Source: Ignavibacteriales bacterium (GTDB lineage Bacteria > Bacteroidota > Ignavibacteria > UBA10030 > SZUA-254). From it: a stretch of 64,000 bases of DNA. Numbering within the stretch: the stretch's first letter is position 1; each line of letters begins with the position of its first letter. The stretch spans positions 136,874-200,873 of the forward strand of contig JACRFD010000038.1 of the NCBI GenBank assembly GCA_016218025.1, given 5' to 3'. The notes under the pieces are model-generated. The model made no database searches, was not told the origin of the DNA, and was given only the letters and a program-made list of their open reading frames with translations. Of the stretch, positions 38,258 to 46,158 are shown one piece after another. The position numbers and the translations under genes are program-made.

Positions 38258-39346
38258 TTATGACATTTTAATAATTGCTTGTTCAACACGTTTCAATCCT
38301 TCAGCAAAATCAGCTGGTTCGCATCCCAATCCAATGCGGAAAAATTGCGGCATACCGAAGAACCTACCTGGAGTAATGGCGGTTTCGTATTGTTTCAGCA
38401 GTATTTCGGATAAACTGTCTCCATCTATCATCTTTGATCTAATGAATAGCGTTGTTCCAAATCCCGGTGCAACTGTTTCGAGTTCTTCACGACGCTGAAG
38501 AAATTGATCCAATATTAGGTGATTTTTATTAAGTATATCCTTCGACCATGCGGTAATCTTATCTAAATTCTTAAACGCAATAACAGCTAATTGTTCTGCG
38601 GCGTATACATGCTTCACGTAAAACAGGTCATTTAAATGCCACATTTTTTTAATCAAAAGCGGTTCAGCAAAAACATACCCGCATCGAATGCCGCTTATGC
38701 CGTACACTTTTGTTAGGCTGCTGGTAACTATAAAATTATCATCTAAATGAAATGATGATTGTGGCATGAGGTTAAATGCAGAATCAAGATAAACCTCATC
38801 AACGCAAACATAGGCACCAACAGATTTTGCAATCTCTCCGATTTGAAGCAGAGTATCAGGATTGGTATAAACACTGCTTGGATTATGAAGGTTTGTCAAG
38901 ACAATTAGTTTAGTTTTTGAGGATATCTCCTTTTTGATTGAAGAGATATCGATTTGAAAGCCATCTTCAAATCGTCTATTGAATCTTTTAACTTTATATC
39001 CGACATACTCTGCAGCGGAAATAATAAGCTCATATGTCGGGTCTTCTATTAAGATCTCGGCATCAGGTTCAAATAGAATGGATAATACCATATAATTTGC
39101 AAATGATGTGCCTAAAGTTGTGAAGATGTTCTCCGGTTTAACTTTATATTTATCCCCGATTTCATATAACAATGGCTCGTAACCGTAGTGGTGTGAGCCT
39201 GTAAGTTCTAAATCAGAAATATTCACCGGTAATTGTGATAACTTATAGTTCATCAATCCGCTGTTCGCCAAATTATAACGAGCATGGAAATTAGATTTAG
39301 CCCACTGCATATATGGTGAGTGTATAGTACGAGTATATTTAGCCAT
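38258..39346 (-). CDS. PLP-dependent aminotransferase class I/II
   Basis: TNLHNPS, DEVY, SSLTKVYGISGIRCG motifs. Confidence 0.88.
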   Translation of the reverse strand: MAKYTRTIHSPYMQWAKSNFHARYNLANSGLMNYKLSQLPVNISDLELTGSHHYGYEPLLYEIGDKYKVKPENIFTTLGTSFANYMVLSILFEPDAEILIEDPTYELIISAAEYVGYKVKRFNRRFEDGFQIDISSIKKEISSKTKLIVLTNLHNPSSVYTNPDTLLQIGEIAKSVGAYVCVDEVYLDSAFNLMPQSSFHLDDNFIVTSSLTKVYGISGIRCGYVFAEPLLIKKMWHLNDLFYVKHVYAAEQLAVIAFKNLDKITAWSKDILNKNHLILDQFLQRREELETVAPGFGTTLFIRSKMIDGDSLSEILLKQYETAITPGRFFGMPQFFRIGLGCEPADFAEGLKRVEQAIIKMS

Positions 39347-39516
39347 TTTATATTTCGGATTAAAGAATAATTATAGAAATCATTAAAATATATTGAATTG
39401 AGTTTGGATAAACAATTTTCAAAAATTGGAATACTGCCGATATTGTCATATATTGTATAAGAACTTCCGGGAGGGATAATGGAAGAATGTAATTATAAAA
39501 ACGAAAGAAACCTACC

Positions 39517-40869
39517 ATGAGATCAGACCTCTTAAAATTAAGCAAGAGTATGATTGCTAATTTAGAAAAACATAATATTATTACGCCTACTGAGATACAA
39601 AAGCAAATTATTCCGGCAATTCAGGCGGGAGAAGATGTCCTTGCACAATCCGAAACCGGTTCCGGTAAGACTTTAAGTTTCGCGATACCGATAATTGAAA
39701 AAATTGAAAGGCAGGATGGATTAAAAGCTCTGATACTCGTTCCTACCAGAGAATTATGCACGCAAATTACAAATGAATTTATAAAATTTTCTCAGGGGAA
39801 ACATCTGGGAATTGTGGCTGTTTATGGCGGAGTCTCGATAAACACTCAGATCAAGAAATTAAAGAAAGTGAATATTATTGTTGCAACACCCGGACGCTTA
39901 TTAGATTTACTAGACCGGAAAGAGGTTGAGCTAACAAAGATACACTATCTTGTTTTTGACGAAGCAGACAGAATGTTAGATATGGGTTTCATACCTGATG
40001 TTGAACGGATTTTAAGGAGGATTCCACAAAAAAAACAGACACTTTTATTCAGCGCAACAGTTTCAAAAGAAATAACCGAGCTTAGCCGGAAATATTTAGA
40101 TAAACCCAAATATGTTTCCTTAGCCAGTGCAGTAAAACCTGAATTTTTAAGGCAAACATATTATCAAACCAGTAATGAATTAAAACTACCGCTCCTGGTA
40201 TCACTTTTAAAACATGAAAGAGATTTAGCGTTAGTGTTTTGTAATCGGAAACATGTAACTGCAAAGTTGGCAAAAACTTTATCTAGGCAGGGGGTTCATG
40301 CTAAATGCCTGCACGGTGATATGTCGCAATCGCAGCGGGAGCGGGCAACCAATGATTTCAGATCTAAAAAGTTTAATGTTCTGATTGCGACTGATGTTGC
40401 TGCACGAGGTTTGCATATTGAAGACATCACGCATGTTTATAATTATGAAATTCCAAAGGATGTCGATTCCTATACTCACCGTGTTGGAAGGACAGCCCGC
40501 GCCGGTAAAAAAGGCGAGGCAATTTCTTTAGTCGCCAATGGTGATGATCAGAAATTTTTTAAACAAATTCTTTTCAAATATAGCGGCGAGATCAGTTTGA
40601 AATTTGTAAATAAATCTGAGCTGCCAGTAATTATTCAACCGCCCAAAACCGACAAAAAACCAAGACATCACCAGCCGCAACCACAGCAGGGGAATCAACG
40701 AAGGGAAAGAGGCAGAAGTCAAAATAAGGAAAAAGGTAATAGACATCAGGAACATGAAAATATTGATAGACAGAAAAAAGATCAAAAATACACGCAAAAG
40801 AATGAGAAGAAACATAAGAAAAACTGGCGTGAGAAGTGGCTCGGTCTAATCGGCAATAATGAGAAGTAA
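39517..40869 (+). CDS. DEAD-box RNA helicase
   Basis: PTEIQ, TGSGKT, PTREL, TPGRL, DEAD, SAT, ARGL, HRVGRTAR; basic C-terminal tail. Confidence 0.95.
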   Translation: MRSDLLKLSKSMIANLEKHNIITPTEIQKQIIPAIQAGEDVLAQSETGSGKTLSFAIPIIEKIERQDGLKALILVPTRELCTQITNEFIKFSQGKHLGIVAVYGGVSINTQIKKLKKVNIIVATPGRLLDLLDRKEVELTKIHYLVFDEADRMLDMGFIPDVERILRRIPQKKQTLLFSATVSKEITELSRKYLDKPKYVSLASAVKPEFLRQTYYQTSNELKLPLLVSLLKHERDLALVFCNRKHVTAKLAKTLSRQGVHAKCLHGDMSQSQRERATNDFRSKKFNVLIATDVAARGLHIEDITHVYNYEIPKDVDSYTHRVGRTARAGKKGEAISLVANGDDQKFFKQILFKYSGEISLKFVNKSELPVIIQPPKTDKKPRHHQPQPQQGNQRRERGRSQNKEKGNRHQEHENIDRQKKDQKYTQKNEKKHKKNWREKWLGLIGNNEK

Positions 40870-40914
40870 TATCCCGTATTAAAATAACAAACAAATATTT
40901 TTAATCTATCGAAT

Positions 40915-43900
40915 TTATTTATCCAGAACCTTTCGCAGTGAAGTAAGTAATAATTCTGAAGTAAATGGTTTCTGAATATGTGCATTCACGCCAACCAGAT
41001 TTGAAGAGAACTCGGAGGGATACATTCTATCGCCGCTCATAGTGATAATTGGAAGATTCGAATTAAATTTTCTAAGAGCTTGAAATAATTCGGCTCCATT
41101 CATAACCGGCATCACCAAATCAAGTATAGCTAAATCGATATAATTTTTGTTCTGGGCGTAAACAGCCATACCTTCAATTCCATCCTTCGCAATATAGACA
41201 CGGTAATTGTATAATTCTAAAGTCTCTTTTAATACATCAAGCACGGATACTTCATCATCAACAATCAAAATACCCTCCCCATTTCCCTGGGGTCTTACGA
41301 GATGATTTTGCCTTGGAATTTCAACCGGTGCCTCTTTGATGGCAGGCAAATATATATTAAAAATAGTCCCTTTACCCATTTCACTTTTTATATTTATGAA
41401 TCCTCCGTGATCTTTGACGATGGTGTGTGTTGTAGATAATCCCAGTCCGGTCCCTTTTCCGATCTCTTTAGTTGTGAAGAACGGATCGAAAACTTTATCG
41501 ATAATGTTTATTGGGATTCCTTCCCCCGAGTCACGAACTGTTAGAATGATATAGGTGCCTTCGTGGGCTTGCAGTTCCATTTGAACGAACTGTTTATCGG
41601 CAACGAAATTATTGACGGAAATTTCAAGCATGCCGCCTTTTGGCATTGCATCGCGGGCATTTACACAAAGATTCATCAATACCTGATTAAGCTGCGTTGC
41701 GTCGGCACTTAATAACCATAGATCTTTTGGAATGTCGGATGAGACTTGGATATTCTTCGGAAACGTTTCATGTACCATGCTCACAGTTTCTTTGATCAGG
41801 TGTTTGATATGAATAGGAGAATGAGTTCCAACTTTTGAACCGCGGGCAAATGTCAATACCTGCTTGATTATATCTCTTCCACGGATTGCGTTTAATTCAA
41901 GTGTGGATAGTACTTTTTGCGATTTCTCATCTTTAGAATTTGCTTTTAGTATATCGATTGCCAGTAAAATAGGAGAGAGCACATTGTTCAGATCGTGTGC
42001 TATACCTCCTGCAAGTGTACCCAAACTTTCCATCCGTTGAGTACGAAGGAATTGTGCCTCTAACGATTTCTTTTCGGTGATGTCGTGTACAAATCCTTCA
42101 TAATAAATTATTTTGCCTTCAGAATCTTTCAATGCATGAGCAGATAATAAAATTGAGATGGGTGAACCGTTTTTCTTTTTCCATAATATTTCAAGATTTG
42201 TTATTTCTCCTGATTCACTATGAGTGTACTTGTTGATTATGTTTTCTCTTTCATCGCTGTTATAATAACAATCTTTGATATTTATTTTCATGAGCTCCTC
42301 AACCGATGGGTATCCGAGCATTGATGCAAGACTTAAATTTGCTGTGAGGAATTGTCCTGCCGGAGTAGATTGGTAAATTCCTAATGGAGCCCATTCTACA
42401 ATATCCTTAAACTTCTTTTCACTTTCATGAAGTGCATTTTCCGCATGCTTGCGTTCTGAAATGTTTCTTTGAATAGCTAAAAAACCTGAAAGATTACCAT
42501 GTTCATCTAAAATCGGATTTGTAGTACCTTCAATATATATAAGCTGGCCGTCTTTAGTGCGGTTAACTAATTCACCTTTGACTGTTTGTTTAGCAAGAAT
42601 CGTTTGCCAGAATGATTGGTAAGCACTGGAATCCATAGTTCCGCTTTTAAGAATGCGCGGTGTTACCTTACCTATTACCTCATTTTTCTGGTAACCATAA
42701 AGACGTGTGAATTCGGGGTTGATATACGTTATAATTCCATCGCGGTCAGTCATGATTATTACTTCACCGCTTGTTTCTACGGCTGACCGTAATTGCATTA
42801 GTGTTTGATCCACAAGTTTTCGTTCTGTTATATCAAGTGCAGTGAAGATCACTCCTTTTGAAAGATCATCAGCAATAATTGGTGTTGAGGCAAGTATGAT
42901 ATTGATAATAGTACCATCTTTTTTGCTCCACCGTGTTTCAACAATGCCGCTGCCTTTTTCTGCAATCTGTTCATATTTAATTTTTCCGACAAATTCGTAT
43001 TCTTCTTCATTCGGATACAGGATTCTTGCATTTTTCCCAATCAGCTCTTCCCGTGAGTAACCCGTCATTGCACATACCTGTGGATTAATTTCCATTAGAA
43101 TTCTGTTGCTAACTACACCGATGCCGGTTGGGGCAACACGGAATATGCTGCGCATCTTTTCTTCACTTATCAATAATGCTTTCTCAGCATTTTTACGCTC
43201 GGTAATATCTCTTGTAACACCCAATAGACTGATCGGTTTTCCTTGAGAATCAAGAATTGGTGCAGCGTGGGTTTCCAACCAGCGTCTGGTTCCATTCAAC
43301 CCTTCAACCTCGAATTCGAGTATACCGCTCTCACCAGATATCACACGCTTATGAAGATTTATGAAAGCAGGACGATATTCTGGGAGAATAAAGTTGATTA
43401 GTTTATGCTTTTGTACTGATTCGAGAGAACTTGCCTCGAGCATTTTTATTCCTGCACGATTCATATCGAGCAGTTCCCCATCCGGGGCTACAATTTTCAC
43501 GCATTCAGGCTCTGTTTCAATTATTGTTTGTAATCTTTTTTCATTATTTATTAACGCGATTTCTGTTTGCTTTTTTTCAAATAACTCAACCTCTAATTTT
43601 TTATGCAACTCAGCATTCAAAATAGCCTGAGACGCATATCTTGCAATGCCATTGTACAATTCGATCTCTAAATCTACGAAATCTCGTTTTACGCCTACTG
43701 TTCCAAGAATTAGTACACCAATGTTATTTCCTTTCCCCTCAAGAGGTATATAGAGGACAGATCTAAGGTTTCTGGCATCAACTATAGATTTTTCTGCGGG
43801 CGTCAAAGTTTCTGTCTTTGTATCGTATAGAATTACAGGCTTTCCTGTGATGAAAGATTTCAGAATATGCGGATGATCGGCAATATTTGCAGATCGATAT

Positions 43901-45702
43901 GCCTCGGGGAAATCGCTTGGAAGCGGGGGAGTTGTTGCTCCAAGATATAAATTTTCTCCCTTTATTAAATAGATAGCCCCGCTGTCGAGACTAAAATATT
44001 TTGCAGCGCTTTGTACAATTTCCTGGAGGACAAGATTTAATTCAAGATGTGAGGTTATATTTTTGCTAACATCAAGAAGTGCTTTGAGATAACTGTTCTG
44101 TTTATTTATTATCGATTCAGATTGTTTACGTTGAGTTATGTCATTCACAATGACTGCGACACCTACAATGTTTCCATCAGAATCTTTTATGGGATTATGA
44201 TTTACCTCAAAGTATAACCGTGTTAACTCTATATCACCGGAAAATGCTTCTCGCGTAAAGGATTCACCTTTTAGGGCAAGGTCGATGTTGGCTTTAGCGG
44301 CTATACGATCTTCATCAACAGTTTGGTACTCCAATAACGATTTCCCGATTTCGATATCAGCACCATATAATATTTTCATAATATTCTTATGGGCTTGATT
44401 GAAACTTGTATAACAATAATTTTTATCAATGGAAAATATGGGACTTGACCCGCTTTCGATAATTCCATGGAGTGTTGCAAATTGTTGAGCGATTATTTCG
44501 TGTGTTCTCTTTTTTTCTGTGATATCTTCAATGCAAACCAAAACCATCCGTTCTTGTGATACATTCACCAGTGATGTAGATATATTGAGCGAGATTTTCT
44601 CCGGTTTTCCGTTATTGTCAAATACCAAATCGGTTTGAACGTCTCTGTGATTCACTCCATTTTGGAACGTATCCAGAACTGAAAGCCGAGTAGGGCATGT
44701 TTGGCATGAAGGTCCAAAACCACATCCTTCTGGAGTATCGAAGCTGTTGAGGCAGCGCAGCGAACTTCCAACCCGAGAGTTTATTATTTCATTTTCAGTC
44801 GATTCTATAAATTTCAGTGCGGCATTGTTTACCTTTCTTATTTTTCTGTCGCCGGTTACCAGCAACATCACGAAAGGAGTATTATCAACTATAGCGTTTA
44901 ATTCTGATTTTGTGTCGCGTAAGTTTATTTCTGCTAATTTTCTTTCGGTGATATCTCTAACGATTGTAATTACTCTTGTAACCTTATTTGCTTCGATAAT
45001 TGGTATTTTCCGTGTCTCGGTACTTATTTGTTGGTCGCCGATTTGATTGATGTCTTCCGTTATAAGGATCTCTCCGGTTTCGAAAACCTGTTGATATTGT
45101 TGACGTATCTTCTCAGATAAGAAAGGGAATAGCTCAAAAATTGATTGACCGATTTCGAAATTCTTTAAACCTAATTTTATAATCCATTTCTGGAAAGTTT
45201 GGTTAATCAGAATTATCCGTAGGTTATCATCAACAACATGAATGGCATCATTTATAGAGTCTATAGTAGTACGATATCTGAGTTCAGATAAATGCAAAGT
45301 TTCCTCAGCGCGTTTACGTTCCGTAATATCGCGGACAATTGCCCACATTCCTTCGTTTTCGTTATCGTCGTTCTTAGACAAAAAAGTTCTCAATTCGACT
45401 GGGAAAATTGTGCCGTCTTTTTTTCGATACTCTTTTTCATAAACGTCTGAATAACCTCGTAAAATAATTTGTTCTCTGATAATCTTGCTTTCTGCTAAGT
45501 GCCATTTTTCGGGGGTGATATCTTTATAAGTGAGACGGCTTAACTCATCTCCTGAATAACCGAGCATATCCTGAAACGACTTATTCGATTCAACTATATT
45601 GCCTTCCATATCGACGAAGGCGAATCCATCCATCATTCCTTGAAGCAAATGGTGGTACATCCCATTTTTATGAGCACTCTTTTGTTCGGTTTTATTTCCC
45701 AT
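40915..45702 (-). CDS. Cytoplasmic hybrid sensor kinase (multiple PAS, GAF, HisKA, HATPase, receiver)
   Basis: Repeated DITERK PAS-PAC ends, GAF segment, GGIAHDLNN H-box, PFFTTKEIGKGTGLGL, C-terminal receiver. Confidence 0.92.
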   Translation of the reverse strand: MGNKTEQKSAHKNGMYHHLLQGMMDGFAFVDMEGNIVESNKSFQDMLGYSGDELSRLTYKDITPEKWHLAESKIIREQIILRGYSDVYEKEYRKKDGTIFPVELRTFLSKNDDNENEGMWAIVRDITERKRAEETLHLSELRYRTTIDSINDAIHVVDDNLRIILINQTFQKWIIKLGLKNFEIGQSIFELFPFLSEKIRQQYQQVFETGEILITEDINQIGDQQISTETRKIPIIEANKVTRVITIVRDITERKLAEINLRDTKSELNAIVDNTPFVMLLVTGDRKIRKVNNAALKFIESTENEIINSRVGSSLRCLNSFDTPEGCGFGPSCQTCPTRLSVLDTFQNGVNHRDVQTDLVFDNNGKPEKISLNISTSLVNVSQERMVLVCIEDITEKKRTHEIIAQQFATLHGIIESGSSPIFSIDKNYCYTSFNQAHKNIMKILYGADIEIGKSLLEYQTVDEDRIAAKANIDLALKGESFTREAFSGDIELTRLYFEVNHNPIKDSDGNIVGVAVIVNDITQRKQSESIINKQNSYLKALLDVSKNITSHLELNLVLQEIVQSAAKYFSLDSGAIYLIKGENLYLGATTPPLPSDFPEAYRSANIADHPHILKSFITGKPVILYDTKTETLTPAEKSIVDARNLRSVLYIPLEGKGNNIGVLILGTVGVKRDFVDLEIELYNGIARYASQAILNAELHKKLEVELFEKKQTEIALINNEKRLQTIIETEPECVKIVAPDGELLDMNRAGIKMLEASSLESVQKHKLINFILPEYRPAFINLHKRVISGESGILEFEVEGLNGTRRWLETHAAPILDSQGKPISLLGVTRDITERKNAEKALLISEEKMRSIFRVAPTGIGVVSNRILMEINPQVCAMTGYSREELIGKNARILYPNEEEYEFVGKIKYEQIAEKGSGIVETRWSKKDGTIINIILASTPIIADDLSKGVIFTALDITERKLVDQTLMQLRSAVETSGEVIIMTDRDGIITYINPEFTRLYGYQKNEVIGKVTPRILKSGTMDSSAYQSFWQTILAKQTVKGELVNRTKDGQLIYIEGTTNPILDEHGNLSGFLAIQRNISERKHAENALHESEKKFKDIVEWAPLGIYQSTPAGQFLTANLSLASMLGYPSVEELMKINIKDCYYNSDERENIINKYTHSESGEITNLEILWKKKNGSPISILLSAHALKDSEGKIIYYEGFVHDITEKKSLEAQFLRTQRMESLGTLAGGIAHDLNNVLSPILLAIDILKANSKDEKSQKVLSTLELNAIRGRDIIKQVLTFARGSKVGTHSPIHIKHLIKETVSMVHETFPKNIQVSSDIPKDLWLLSADATQLNQVLMNLCVNARDAMPKGGMLEISVNNFVADKQFVQMELQAHEGTYIILTVRDSGEGIPINIIDKVFDPFFTTKEIGKGTGLGLSTTHTIVKDHGGFINIKSEMGKGTIFNIYLPAIKEAPVEIPRQNHLVRPQGNGEGILIVDDEVSVLDVLKETLELYNYRVYIAKDGIEGMAVYAQNKNYIDLAILDLVMPVMNGAELFQALRKFNSNLPIITMSGDRMYPSEFSSNLVGVNAHIQKPFTSELLLTSLRKVLDK

Positions 45703-46158
45703 AAATCGTTACCTCCTAAAAATAAATTGAGTGTCAATAAGGATGATAAATTTTATTGAGCGAATTGAACAGAAGAAATTATTATTTAGATAATGTGGAT
45801 AATGGCATGGAACTACATCTATTCTCTTGATCGAAAAGAAGTAGTAAATAGAAATAATAAAAATAATGTATAATAATTCCTGATAATTAATCATAATTGC
45901 GGGCTGTAATAAATTAATGGTATCAGTGAACAAAATTTATAATTGAATATAAAATTGATATGTTAGTATAACAAAAAAGTGAGGTTAATGTCAAATCATT
46001 TTATGTTTTAGTAAAATATTGTAACGGAATTATTTTAACTCATAACTAACCTAAATATACTTGCAAAATTGTTTAATAAATGGCAATTTTAGGTGAATGT
46101 TGCCACATTTTTGAGATGTGTGATTAGGATGGTTCTTAGAATTTTCAGTTTTATCTTG

